A stretch of 26,831 nucleotides of DNA, taken from positions 348-27,178 of the forward strand of contig CAZOAX010000001.1 in assembly GCA_964577735.1 (NCBI GenBank), given 5' to 3'. The DNA is from an uncultured bacterium (GTDB lineage: Bacteria > Chlamydiota > Chlamydiia > Chlamydiales > Parachlamydiaceae). This document shows, piece after piece, positions 15,080-24,475 of this stretch; positions within the stretch are counted from its first letter, which is position 1; the number at the start of each line of letters is the position of its first letter. The position numbers were made by a program, and so were the translations under genes. The notes beneath the pieces are model-generated. The model was not told the origin of the DNA, did not search any database, and worked only from the letters and a program-made list of their open reading frames with translations.

Positions 15080-16210
15080 TTAAATTAAATCATTTAAGAT
15101 TGCTTCTCGGTAGCGGGCCATGAAGTGGACCATGTAGTGGAGGTTGTGGGCGGTGGCGAGGATCATGGCGGTGACTTCATGGGCTTTGAAAAGATGATGG
15201 ACGTACGATAGGGAGTAGTTTTGGCAGGTGGGGCAGGTGCAGGATGGCACCGGAGGGCCGAAGTTTGTGGCATGTTCGGTACGGCTGAGTTTGACATTGC
15301 CCGTATCGCTAAGGAGGATCCCGTGGCGGGCAGCTTTGGTTGGATAGGAGCTATCAAAGGTGTCAATGCCGAGAGGGATGTTTTGGTGAAGGGATTCCAG
15401 ATCGCCGATGCCAAGAAGGTGGTTGGGTCTTTCTTTTGGAAGATGCGGCATGGTCGCACTTAGCATGTGATGCATTTCGTCTTTTGTCTTACCCATACTT
15501 CCGCCGATGGCAAATCCGTCAAAATCCTGGGCCGAAAGGATTTGGCAGCTTTGTTTTCTGAGCTCAAGGTCGACGCCCCCGTGAATGACGGCATACATGG
15601 CTTGATTTTGGACGTTAGATTTGTGCTCGGCGAGGGAGCGTTTTTCCCAACGGTGCGTGCGGTCGAAGGATTTTTTGAGGTCGGGGCCGGAAATGTGGTA
15701 AGGAGGAAGTTCATCAAAGGGGATGATGATATCGGCGCCGAGGTCTTTTTGTGCCTGAATGGAGCTTTCGGGAGTGAGGAGCACTTTTTTTCCATCGCGA
15801 TAGGAGCGGAATAGGACGCCATCTTCTGAGATTTTTAAGACAAGTTTGCCGTGTTTTTTAGTCCCGCGCCCTTTTAATTCATCTGCGACAGATCCGTAGG
15901 CAAGACTGAATACTTGAAATCCGCCGGAGTCTGTAATGATCGGAAATTTTCGATTGATGTACTTATGAAGTCCGCCGGCTTGTTTAACGACATCAGTTCC
16001 CGGCTGTAGCATCAAATGGTAGGTGTTGCAGAACATAAGCTGCAGGCCGATGTCGTTGACCATTGTATTATCGAGCGCTTTCAAAGTTCCATTGGTTCCA
16101 ACCGCTACAAAATTAGGCGTATCGATGATTCCGTGGGGTGTGTGGATTCGACCCACCCGGGCTCTTGATTTTTTTGATTCATGCAGGATTTCGAAGCGAA
16201 AGAAACTCAT
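15080..16210 (-). CDS. tgt: tRNA-guanine(34) transglycosylase, chlamydia-type (probably queuine-inserting)
   Basis: RARVGRIHTPHG, NTYHL, catalytic TDSGGFQ and DTFDS, Zn site CTCPTC...H. Likely start 16210 (ATGA overlap with yhhQ); the track starts at 16222. Confidence 0.95.
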   Translation of the reverse strand: MSFFRFEILHESKKSRARVGRIHTPHGIIDTPNFVAVGTNGTLKALDNTMVNDIGLQLMFCNTYHLMLQPGTDVVKQAGGLHKYINRKFPIITDSGGFQVFSLAYGSVADELKGRGTKKHGKLVLKISEDGVLFRSYRDGKKVLLTPESSIQAQKDLGADIIIPFDELPPYHISGPDLKKSFDRTHRWEKRSLAEHKSNVQNQAMYAVIHGGVDLELRKQSCQILSAQDFDGFAIGGSMGKTKDEMHHMLSATMPHLPKERPNHLLGIGDLESLHQNIPLGIDTFDSSYPTKAARHGILLSDTGNVKLSRTEHATNFGPPVPSCTCPTCQNYSLSYVHHLFKAHEVTAMILATAHNLHYMVHFMARYREAILNDLI

Positions 16211-16854
16211 TGTTTGATCCATTTTAGTATAGGCGCAGAAGAGCTTATCACAATCATTTTTATGGCGAAGCTAAAAAGGATGATCTCGGTGACTGATTCC
16301 ACGAGGCCGTATAAGCCGGCAAAGCTAAATAGCACAGTATCAAGGAATTGTGAAACAGTCAGCGCGATGGCAGCTCTTGTCGCAAATTTGGTATGGGGTA
16401 GGCGATTTTTTAAAAAGGCAAAGAAACGGATGTCAAATTGTTGAACGAGGAAAAAAACGCTTAATGACGCGATTAATAAACGGGGTGCCGGAGTTAAAAG
16501 TGTAGAGAAAGCCGCCTGGCTTTGGTCAAAGAAACTGGGTGCATAAAGAAGGTGCATTTGAGAGGCTACAGCAAAAAACAAGAGGTAGAAAAAACAGACA
16601 AGAGTGGCTTTTTGTGCGTCTTTTTGAGAGTGAAATTCCTGGAGCAGGTTTAAGCCAAGGAGACTTCCGATGATATAAGCATCGCCAGCTGTTACATTGA
16701 GCCCCAAAAGTTTGATCTGCTTAATAAAGAATAGGAAAGCGATGAGGGCGAGTACTTCAAAACAATAGAACAGTGCTTCTTTTCCTAGGCGATGGCAAAT
16801 AAAAGTGAAGCCTAATAATACAGCTATCTGTAGGAAAAAGATTAATTCGTTCAT
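16207..16854 (-). CDS. yhhQ: Queuosine precursor transporter (YhhQ/Vut_1 family)
   Basis: Multi-pass membrane protein with GD(A)Y...NLLQEF and VSQFLDTVLFSFAG motifs. Translationally coupled to tgt. Confidence 0.85.
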   Translation of the reverse strand: MNELIFFLQIAVLLGFTFICHRLGKEALFYCFEVLALIAFLFFIKQIKLLGLNVTAGDAYIIGSLLGLNLLQEFHSQKDAQKATLVCFFYLLFFAVASQMHLLYAPSFFDQSQAAFSTLLTPAPRLLIASLSVFFLVQQFDIRFFAFLKNRLPHTKFATRAAIALTVSQFLDTVLFSFAGLYGLVESVTEIILFSFAIKMIVISSSAPILKWIKQ

Positions 16855-16977
16855 TGATAATAGAATTTATAATTAAAAACAGTTCATTCTATCAAAATAT
16901 CTTTTTTTGGGATAGACATAAATCTTTGATCGGGGGATGGTGAGGTTATAGGCTAAAAATCATAATAGGGGGCATAA

Positions 16978-17343
16978 ATGAAATATTTACTAATGTGTCT
17001 AGGTGCTTTATCTCTAGTCGCTTGCGATAGAGATGATACACGTCATTTAGAGAAAGATAACACTGGGATCAATGTGCGGGATCGGGATTTGAATACCATC
17101 ACTCCAACCAATCAATCAGAAACTGAAGCAGATAGAGTGCTTACTCAAAGAATTCGTGCTGCGATCATAGAAGATAAAAATTTATCAACAGATGCACAAA
17201 ATATTAAAATAATCACCATTAACGGTGTCGTGACCTTAAGAGGTCCGGTTTTAAATGAGGCTGAAAAAGCCAATATCGCAAGAAAGCTCAGTTCGCTAAT
17301 CGGAGTTCAAAGAGTCGATAATCAATTAGAGTCCAAACAATAA
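16978..17343 (+). CDS. BON-domain lipoprotein
   Basis: Lipobox LVA-C (Cys16). BON domain D..LTQRIRAAI...NIKIITINGVVTLRGPV...GVQRVDNQLE. Confidence 0.88.
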   Translation: MKYLLMCLGALSLVACDRDDTRHLEKDNTGINVRDRDLNTITPTNQSETEADRVLTQRIRAAIIEDKNLSTDAQNIKIITINGVVTLRGPVLNEAEKANIARKLSSLIGVQRVDNQLESKQ

Positions 17344-17369
17344 TATTAATTTAATAATAGGAGGCCTTT

Positions 17370-17900
17370 ATGGATCGCTCAGTATTTTGTCTAGCAAGAG
17401 ATTCAAAAAAAGCTAATGCTATCGTGGATCAATTGATTAAAGCTGGATTTTCAAACGAAGAAATCTCTATTCTTCATCCGAATCAAACAGAACGAAAATT
17501 CGAAACAAAAAAAACAGAAAAACATACGAAAGCGCCTGAAGGCGGAGTGGCCGGAGCGACAGCCGGTGGAATTCTAGGTGGATCATTAGGCTTACTTGCC
17601 GGAATTGGCGCGCTTGCAATTCCTGGCGTTGGACCATTCATAGCAGCTGGCCCAATCATGGGTGCCCTCAGCGGATCTGCAGTGGGTGGAAGTGTTGGAC
17701 TTCTTTTAGGCGCTTTGATCGGTTCAGGAATTCCTGAATTTGAAGCTAAAAAATATGAAACAGCTCTCAGAGAAGGCAACACCTTGATCAGCGCACGCGT
17801 TTACAGCGAAGATGAAGCAACACGTGCAAGTGATATCATGAGAAAGAATGGCGGAGAGCAGATCTCCTCTTCTCGTGAAAAAACAAAATCCGGTTACTAA
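17370..17900 (+). CDS. General-stress-protein-17M-like / glycine-zipper membrane protein
   Basis: N-terminal A..IVDQL..AGF....ISIL, glycine zipper GATAGGILGGSLGLLAGIGALAIPGVGPFIAAGP, GIPEFEAKKYE...EG. GGAGG RBS. Confidence 0.75.
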   Translation: MDRSVFCLARDSKKANAIVDQLIKAGFSNEEISILHPNQTERKFETKKTEKHTKAPEGGVAGATAGGILGGSLGLLAGIGALAIPGVGPFIAAGPIMGALSGSAVGGSVGLLLGALIGSGIPEFEAKKYETALREGNTLISARVYSEDEATRASDIMRKNGGEQISSSREKTKSGY

Positions 17901-17907
17901 TCCATCA

Positions 17908-17939
17908 AGCTAAAGAAAACCTTCGGGTTTTCTTTAGCT
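17908..17939. terminator. Bidirectional hairpin terminator between convergent genes
   Basis: AGCTAAAGAAAACC-TTCG-GGTTTTCTTTAGCT: perfect 14-bp stem with a cUUCGg loop, overlapping the peptidase stop codon. Confidence 0.8.
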
Positions 17940-19439
17940 AAATTGTCTGAGCCAGGCGCTCGCATTCAATTTTTTTCCGGTGGCATGTACAATTAAATCA
18001 TTCCAATTCAGGGAATTTCCCGGTTTGAAAACTTTTTCAATTAGGAATTGTCCGGTTTTCTCAGATGGAAAGAGGTCGATCTGTTCTTCCAAGGTTGAGG
18101 CAAAAAGTTCACCAAGCAGATAGCTGAAGTAATAAACCGGTGCGACTGCGATATGGTATTTAGCTGCCCAGTCACATTTGGAGGGACTTCCGGATGAGAC
18201 GATCTTTTGATATTTTTCAACTATCTTCCACCAGAGTGTTTGGAGATCTTGCTCGGGATCGCGATAGAGCTCTCTCTCAAAATAGGTCATGACAAGCACC
18301 CAGCGGCTAAAGATCAATTGGCGCCTTTTCAGGCTGATCTCTGCTTTTTCCTGAAGGGCCTTAGATGACTCTGGTGTAAGGAACTGAAGCGATTTTGGAC
18401 GATAGGCCTGCCTGCCAGCAATCAAGGCGATGGCTTCTGTCGTGATCATGTGAGGGGGTTCCCTTAGAAGCCATGGAAGGGATGAGTCCATTCCAAGTTC
18501 ATAGACACCATGTCCGAGTTCATGCAAGACAGTTTCCTGCCACTTGCAGGTCGATTTCACATTATTTAATGTGCGGACGTCTTTTTCCCGGTCAATATTG
18601 ATGCAAAAAGCGTGCTGGTTTTTACCGGGACGTTCAAAATTGTCGCTTTTTTTTAGGATGTCGTCTGCCGGAAGATGCATCGCCTGATAGAATTTGCGGG
18701 AAGCTTCGATAATATCGATTCCATCAGTCAAATGATCAAGCTCTTTTGCATCAAGGGGATCTTCCTGGCAAAAAGGTTCTGCCCAAGCCCACGGAGCTGT
18801 CTCACCAATTTCTTTTAAAACTTGTGTATAACTTGCGTCAGAATCATGAGCTAGTTTGTCAAGGGTTTCAAATAGCCATGCCTCATCCACTTCCTGCAGT
18901 TGTAATTGCATAGAAAAATAATTGTCATAGCCTAAACTTTTAGCTGCCTGATTTCTTAATTCGACAAGTTTGAGGATGGATGGGGCAAGTTCCTTTCCGA
19001 TCTCTTTGGATGCATTCCAAGCGTATTTTCTTTTCATTACATCCGTTTCTTTCTTTAAGATGTCACGGATCTCATTTTCTGAAACGGATTTACCGGCTAT
19101 TTTGGGCCTGAAATTGGAATAAAGATAGGCGATATGTGATTCTAAGGTTGTGATCTTTTCAAGCAAATCTTTTGGGATTTGATTGGGAATAAAGCTCCTG
19201 ATCAGCACATTGAGCTGCCTCTTCAAAAGCGGATCATGATCTTCTTTCTCCCACTTTAAAAGCTGCTCAAACGTCTTCTTATCATTGAAAAGCATCCGTA
19301 ATTCAGTCTCAAGTTCAGCTTTCAAAACAGCTGCATCCTCCGATCCGGTCGTTTCCAGAACCCATGTGGCCAAGTTGACCTGCTTGGATTTCTTCTGCAG
19401 AACCGGAACAAACGTTTCAAGAAAGGATGAAAATGACAT
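17934..19439 (-). CDS. Zinc metallopeptidase, M2/M3-like (peptidyl-dipeptidase/oligopeptidase type)
   Basis: HExxH (LHELGH), downstream Glu in TTEAIA, and C-terminal AKYHIAVAPVYYFSYLLG. No signal peptide. Confidence 0.82.
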   Translation of the reverse strand: MSFSSFLETFVPVLQKKSKQVNLATWVLETTGSEDAAVLKAELETELRMLFNDKKTFEQLLKWEKEDHDPLLKRQLNVLIRSFIPNQIPKDLLEKITTLESHIAYLYSNFRPKIAGKSVSENEIRDILKKETDVMKRKYAWNASKEIGKELAPSILKLVELRNQAAKSLGYDNYFSMQLQLQEVDEAWLFETLDKLAHDSDASYTQVLKEIGETAPWAWAEPFCQEDPLDAKELDHLTDGIDIIEASRKFYQAMHLPADDILKKSDNFERPGKNQHAFCINIDREKDVRTLNNVKSTCKWQETVLHELGHGVYELGMDSSLPWLLREPPHMITTEAIALIAGRQAYRPKSLQFLTPESSKALQEKAEISLKRRQLIFSRWVLVMTYFERELYRDPEQDLQTLWWKIVEKYQKIVSSGSPSKCDWAAKYHIAVAPVYYFSYLLGELFASTLEEQIDLFPSEKTGQFLIEKVFKPGNSLNWNDLIVHATGKKLNASAWLRQFS

Positions 19440-19462
19440 ACAAACTCCGCTAAAAAAGAATC

Positions 19463-19492
19463 ATACTACGCGCCTGATGTATCCTTTGTCAA
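19463..19492 (-). promoter_or_regulatory. Sigma66/70-type promoter of the peptidase
   Basis: TTGACA-N18-TAGTAT on the minus strand, ending 23 nt before the ATG, which is preceded by GGAG. Confidence 0.55.
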
Positions 19493-19593
19493 ACCTCATG
19501 TTTAATCTTTACTCTTTCATTTCTAGTATGGAGAGGATTGCAGGAAAAAAAATCGAGGAGTAGAATGACGTTTTTTTATTTATGGAGGAAGAA

Positions 19594-20556
19594 ATGAGTG
19601 CCACTTTAACAAAACATCCTTTAGCGCATTTAATGGGGTCCATCCAAAGTAAAATAATCGGACAGCACCAGTTGATTGAGCAGATGCTTGTGTGTCTGCT
19701 TGCAGATGGACATGCGTTGATCGAGGGGATGCCGGGATTGGCTAAGACAAGATCTGCAAAAGCTGTTGCCGATGGTATTCATGCTGATTTTCACCGGATC
19801 CAATTTACACCGGATCTTTTGCCATCAGATCTGATCGGGACAGAGATCTACGTCCATGAAAAAAGCGATTTTATTTTTAGAAAAGGGCCCCTATTTAACA
19901 ATGTGCTGCTTGCAGATGAGATCAACCGCGCACCGGCAAAAGTACAGTCAGCTCTATTGGAAGCGATGGAAGAAAAGCAAGTAACTGTTGGCCATCATAC
20001 TTATAAGCTACCTGAACTGTATATGGTGATAGCAACGCAAAACCCGATCGAGCAGGAAGGAACCTATAATCTTCCGGAAGCGCAATTGGATCGGTTCATG
20101 ATGCATTTGGAAGTAGGATATCCGACGGCGGAAGAGGAGCTTCAAATTATTGGGCTTGATGAAGCTAAGCATGAACCTTTTGAAAATCATAAACTTACGT
20201 CTGTTGAAGAGGTGCTTAAAGCAAGAAAAGAGGCAGCTGCAATTTTTATCTCCGATGCATTAAAAAAATATGTGGTCTCATTGATCACAGCTACCCGTAC
20301 ACCGGAAAAATACGATGCAGACCTTGCGGAATGGATCGAATATGGCGCTTCTCCACGTGCAACACTTGCGATGATCCGGGCAGCAAAAGCGCTTGCTTGG
20401 TTAAGGGGAGAAGAATATGTGACTCCGGCCCATATTCATGCAATTGCGGCACCCGTTTTACGCCACCGGATCAAAGCTTCTTTTGAGGCAGAAGCGAAGG
20501 GTGTGACAAGAAGCGCTATAGTGAAAAAGTTGCTTGATGTCGTCGCAATACCGTGA
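19594..20556 (+). CDS. moxR: MoxR-family AAA+ ATPase
   Basis: Walker A GMPGLAKT, RIQFTPDLLPSD, Walker B LADEINRA, ATQNPIEQEGTY.LPEAQLDRF. Start at 19594 follows GGAGG; the track starts at 19582. Confidence 0.95.
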   Translation: MSATLTKHPLAHLMGSIQSKIIGQHQLIEQMLVCLLADGHALIEGMPGLAKTRSAKAVADGIHADFHRIQFTPDLLPSDLIGTEIYVHEKSDFIFRKGPLFNNVLLADEINRAPAKVQSALLEAMEEKQVTVGHHTYKLPELYMVIATQNPIEQEGTYNLPEAQLDRFMMHLEVGYPTAEEELQIIGLDEAKHEPFENHKLTSVEEVLKARKEAAAIFISDALKKYVVSLITATRTPEKYDADLAEWIEYGASPRATLAMIRAAKALAWLRGEEYVTPAHIHAIAAPVLRHRIKASFEAEAKGVTRSAIVKKLLDVVAIP

Positions 20557-20564
20557 GGTAACAA

Positions 20565-21449
20565 ATGCTCTATCCTGTTTTTAGTGATCTTGTAGCCTAT
20601 AAGAATCGCAAAAAAAGTAAAACGCGCACACTAGCTTCGGTGAAAAGTCAAACGCCTGGGCAGCACAGGTCGCCATTTAAAGGGCATGGTCTTGAATTTG
20701 ATTCTGTCCGGAAATATGTGGCGGGCGACGATATTCGCCGCATCGACTGGCGTGTCACAGCCAGAATGGGGACGCCTCATCTGAAGATCTTGAGAGAAGA
20801 AAGGGAACGGCAGCGGATGATTGTTGTCGATATGAATGCCGTAATGCGTTTTGGAACAAAGAAAACATTTAAATCAGTTCAGGCAGCTCATATTGCTGCA
20901 TGGCTTGGTTGGCAGGGTTTAAGTGAAAATGACAGAGTTGGCGCTTGCCTTTATGGAGATGTTAAGAACGGCGTGCAGTTTTTTTCACCTATGAGAACTT
21001 CCAGTAGCTTTTGTTCCGTCCTGCAAATGTTGTCTGATAGGCCGCAAGAAGAGCATGTGATTACATTTGATAAAGTTTTAGAGCCATTATCGCGATCGGT
21101 AAAAGGGGGTGCGCTCGTTTATTTTATCAGTGATTTTATGGAAGTACCCCCAAAAGAGCTCATGAGTCGTATTGCTAAAAAGAACGATGTCGTATTCATA
21201 GCACTACATGATCCAATGGATAAGTCCCTCTACCCAATAGGCTCGCTTGGTTTTTCAAGAGGGGGTTCAACACTTTTTCTCGATACGAAGAATAGTAAAA
21301 TTCAAAAATCGTATGAAGCGGACTTTGACAAAAGACGTAAAAATCTACATGCCCTTGCAGCAGATTTAAAAATTTCAGTGCTGGAACTGTCAACAGAATC
21401 CAATATCTCAGATGAGCTTAGAAAAATAGGTAGACGATGCAAAATTTAA
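20565..21449 (+). CDS. DUF58 family protein (MoxR partner)
   Basis: GLEFDSVRKYVAGDDIRRIDWRVTAR, ISDF motif, and position directly after MoxR. Confidence 0.9.
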   Translation: MLYPVFSDLVAYKNRKKSKTRTLASVKSQTPGQHRSPFKGHGLEFDSVRKYVAGDDIRRIDWRVTARMGTPHLKILREERERQRMIVVDMNAVMRFGTKKTFKSVQAAHIAAWLGWQGLSENDRVGACLYGDVKNGVQFFSPMRTSSSFCSVLQMLSDRPQEEHVITFDKVLEPLSRSVKGGALVYFISDFMEVPPKELMSRIAKKNDVVFIALHDPMDKSLYPIGSLGFSRGGSTLFLDTKNSKIQKSYEADFDKRRKNLHALAADLKISVLELSTESNISDELRKIGRRCKI

Positions 21450-21907
21450 TCGATCAACTGCATGATATTGATGGGCTTAAGAGCATCAGTAGATGGCCTC
21501 TTGCAATCGGGTTTAAGATCTTAATTGTGCTTGGAGTTCTGGTATTGATTGGACTCCTCATTCTGCTTTATCGCTGGATCAAGTTTAATAGAAGCTGGAA
21601 AAAAGAGACGCTACTCAGGCTTGCTGAACTCGATAAAAACCTTGCTCATGAAACATCAAGAGAAACTTTGATCGAGCTTTCCACCTATTTGAGGAGGATT
21701 GCACTTAAGCGCTTTTCTAGGAAAGAGTGTGCCGGACTTGTTGGAAAGGGGTGGCTTGATTGGCTGACAGCAAATGATATGGCAAAGTTCAATTGGAAAG
21801 AAAAAGGAAAAGTGTTGATCGATGCGCCTTATTCTCCTTTAAATGCCACGATTGAAGTGACCCATGTAAAAGAATTGATCCAAGCTACCAGAGGTTGGGT
21901 AAAATAA
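21437..21907 (+). CDS. DUF4381 family membrane protein
   Basis: QLHDI...ISRWPLA.G followed by a transmembrane helix, then YLRRIAL...GLVGKGWLDWL. Standard position in bat operons. Confidence 0.8.
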   Translation: MQNLIDQLHDIDGLKSISRWPLAIGFKILIVLGVLVLIGLLILLYRWIKFNRSWKKETLLRLAELDKNLAHETSRETLIELSTYLRRIALKRFSRKECAGLVGKGWLDWLTANDMAKFNWKEKGKVLIDAPYSPLNATIEVTHVKELIQATRGWVK

Positions 21908-22884
21908 TGCTCCAGTTCTACGCTCCTTTATTTATCTTACTGCTTCCGCTTCCCTATCTGATTCCAAAAAAAGCGACAAAGCAAGTGCCCGAAATTCATT
22001 TTCCTGCTTTGGACAGGCTAAAAAATGGCTCAAAAACAATCAAAGCAAGTTCAGGTGTTTTTTCATTTTTACTTTTTCTTTCCTGGACTTTTCTTATCCT
22101 GGCCTTAATGCAACCGGAAATGGTCGATCAATATAAGAAAGTCAACAGTAAAGGTTATGATCTGATGCTCGCAGTTGACATATCCGGATCGATGCAAGCA
22201 GTAGACATGAGTACCTCTTCAAAAGTCACTAGTCGAATCGATGCAACAAAAGAAGTAGTGGGTAAATTCGTCCATTCCAGAAATCAAGACAGGCTTGGCT
22301 TAATTACCTTTGGACAAAATGCTTATTTGCATGTCCCCTTGACAGTGGATACATTTGCCATCAAACGAATGCTCGATGATATCACCATCGGAATGGCCGG
22401 CAATGGAACGGCAATAGGAGATGCGATCGGGCTTGCTGTCAGAACATTGCGCACGCGGCCAGGAGATTCCAGGGTGCTTGTGCTGCTGACAGATGGCGCT
22501 GACAATGCCAGCAGCATCCCTCCTATTGAAGCTGCAAAACTTGCTAAACAGTATGGGATCAAGATCTATACGATTGGGATTGGAAAGAAGGGGCCCGTCC
22601 CTTTTCCCACTAATTTTGGCGGCTATACGCTGATTGAAACAGATATGGATGATGAGCTTTTGAAGCAAATCGCAGAGGCGACAGGCGGAGCTTATTTTCA
22701 TGCGACCGATAAGATGGCTCTTGAGGGGGTCTATAAACAAATTGATGCGCTTGAAAAAACAGAAGTGGAGCATTCTATTCATTTTGTGCGGGAGCCTCTT
22801 TTCCAATACCCATTAAGTGCATCTGTTTTAATATTATTACTCTTAACGTTTTATCCGTTGATGAGGAGGAAACATGCCATTTAA
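21907..22884 (+). CDS. batA: VWA-domain protein BatA
   Basis: N-terminal transmembrane helices, MIDAS DISGSM...T...LLTDG, KIYTIGIG, C-terminal transmembrane helix. Likely start overlaps the previous stop (TAATG); the track starts at 21895. Confidence 0.88.
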   Translation: MLQFYAPLFILLLPLPYLIPKKATKQVPEIHFPALDRLKNGSKTIKASSGVFSFLLFLSWTFLILALMQPEMVDQYKKVNSKGYDLMLAVDISGSMQAVDMSTSSKVTSRIDATKEVVGKFVHSRNQDRLGLITFGQNAYLHVPLTVDTFAIKRMLDDITIGMAGNGTAIGDAIGLAVRTLRTRPGDSRVLVLLTDGADNASSIPPIEAAKLAKQYGIKIYTIGIGKKGPVPFPTNFGGYTLIETDMDDELLKQIAEATGGAYFHATDKMALEGVYKQIDALEKTEVEHSIHFVREPLFQYPLSASVLILLLLTFYPLMRRKHAI

Positions 22885-24475
22885 TTTTTCCCACCCTGAG
22901 TGGTTGCTTGGATTGCTTGTTATTCCACTCGCTTGGACTATGAAGTCTATAGTGCATCCCAAGCATAACTTAGAAGCCTTTATTGATCGCCATCTTTTGC
23001 CTTATCTATTGATCGGAAAAGAGAAAGGGTCCAAGACGCGCAGTTTGATATTCTGGTCCATTGCATGGACGTGTTTACTGCTGGCCCTTTCAGGTCCGAG
23101 ATTTTCCTATCGGGAAGTCGATGTTCTTGCTCCAGGACAGAACCTTGTGATTGCGTTGGATCTTTCTGAATCGATGAATGCAGACGACGTCAAGCCCTCT
23201 CGGCTAAAACTTGCCAAATTGAAAATTGAGGATCTGATCAAGCAACAAAAAGGAGCTAAACTTGGATTGATCGGATTTGCAAAAGATCCCCACATGATCG
23301 CGCCCTTAACAGATGATAAGGAAACCCTTCGATCCTACTTGCCATCGATCAGTACAGACCTAGTGCATGTTCAAGGAAGCCGGTTAACCGAGACTCTAGA
23401 GATGGCCATACAAATGCTGAATGCTGAAGCCGGTGAGAATAAAGCCATCCTCCTTATCACAGACGGGGGATTTGAAGATGCCAGCGCACTTTCTATTGCT
23501 AAAGATATTAAAATCCATGTGATCGGAATGGGGACGCCAGAAGGCGCCCTTTTAAAAAACGCTAAAGGTAATGTTCTAAAAAAAGGAGGCACACCTGTTC
23601 TTTCCAAGCTTGAAAAAGAAAAACTCATGGAAATCAGCAAGCTTTCAGGTGGACGCTACTTTGATCCATATCAAGATGTGGACGTGTTTGATAGAACAGT
23701 TGCTGAAAACATCGATCGGAAAATGCGGATTTGGGATGAGCATTTTTACCTTTTTCTTTTTCCTGTCATTCCATTCTTCCTTCTCTGGTTTAGAAGGGGC
23801 TATATTACTTATGGACTGCTGCTGCTTTTGATTCCTACAGCAGATCTGAAAGCTTATTTCAAAAACGGTAATGAACTAGCGAAAGAGGCATTTGAAGCCG
23901 GGGAATATGAAGCTGCAGTTGAACTGTTTGATGAATGCTATCAAAAAGGGGTTTGTTACTACAGGCTTGGCGATTACGCAAAAGCAGAAGAGCAATTTAA
24001 ACAATCATCAGACTGTGGCTATAATTTGGGCAATGCCCTTGCCAAACAAATGACAAAAGAAAAACTGCAGGAAGCGCTTACTGCCTATGATGCTGTATTA
24101 GAAAAAGATCCTGAACATACTAGGGCCTATCAAAATCGGGAAATTGTCAAAAAACTTCTGGAAGAGCAGGAGCAGCAAGATAAACAGGATAAACAGGATA
24201 ATCAAGATCAGCAGGATAAAGAGGACAATCAAGATCAGCAGGATAAACAGGATAAGCAAGAGCCGCAAGATAAGCAACAAGATCAAAAGCAACAAGATCA
24301 AAAGCAACAAGATCAAAAGCAGCAGGAACAGAGAAATGAAGAGAAGGACTGCAAAGAACAAGATGCAGATCTTTGGCTAAATAGAATCCAAAACGATCCG
24401 AAAGAGTTTCTTAAAAATAAATTCCAAATTGAATCAAAGAAAAATGGAACAAAACAGGCGGTCGATCCATGGTGA
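22874..24475 (+). CDS. batB: VWA-TPR fusion (BatB/BatC-like)
   Basis: F.HPEWL N-terminus, MIDAS DLSESM...ITDG, TPR-like YNLGNAL...A..AYDAVLEKDP, Gln-rich linker, WLNRIQNDPKEFLKNKF tail. Confidence 0.82.
   Translation: MPFNFSHPEWLLGLLVIPLAWTMKSIVHPKHNLEAFIDRHLLPYLLIGKEKGSKTRSLIFWSIAWTCLLLALSGPRFSYREVDVLAPGQNLVIALDLSESMNADDVKPSRLKLAKLKIEDLIKQQKGAKLGLIGFAKDPHMIAPLTDDKETLRSYLPSISTDLVHVQGSRLTETLEMAIQMLNAEAGENKAILLITDGGFEDASALSIAKDIKIHVIGMGTPEGALLKNAKGNVLKKGGTPVLSKLEKEKLMEISKLSGGRYFDPYQDVDVFDRTVAENIDRKMRIWDEHFYLFLFPVIPFFLLWFRRGYITYGLLLLLIPTADLKAYFKNGNELAKEAFEAGEYEAAVELFDECYQKGVCYYRLGDYAKAEEQFKQSSDCGYNLGNALAKQMTKEKLQEALTAYDAVLEKDPEHTRAYQNREIVKKLLEEQEQQDKQDKQDNQDQQDKEDNQDQQDKQDKQEPQDKQQDQKQQDQKQQDQKQQEQRNEEKDCKEQDADLWLNRIQNDPKEFLKNKFQIESKKNGTKQAVDPW
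24185..24316 (+). repeat. Coding tandem repeats in the BatB/C linker
   Basis: Three imperfect 27-nt units (24185, 24212, 24239) and three perfect 15-nt units aagcaacaagatcaa (24272..24316) encoding Q/D/K runs. Confidence 0.9.

Noticed and set aside
14874-15083. 69-aa ORF with an RTRTR repeat
   Set aside because: Translation artefact of the palindromic hexamer repeat, overlapping a real gene.
15163-15822. Multiple overlapping ORFs within tgt
   Set aside because: Shadows produced by the skewed codon usage of tgt.
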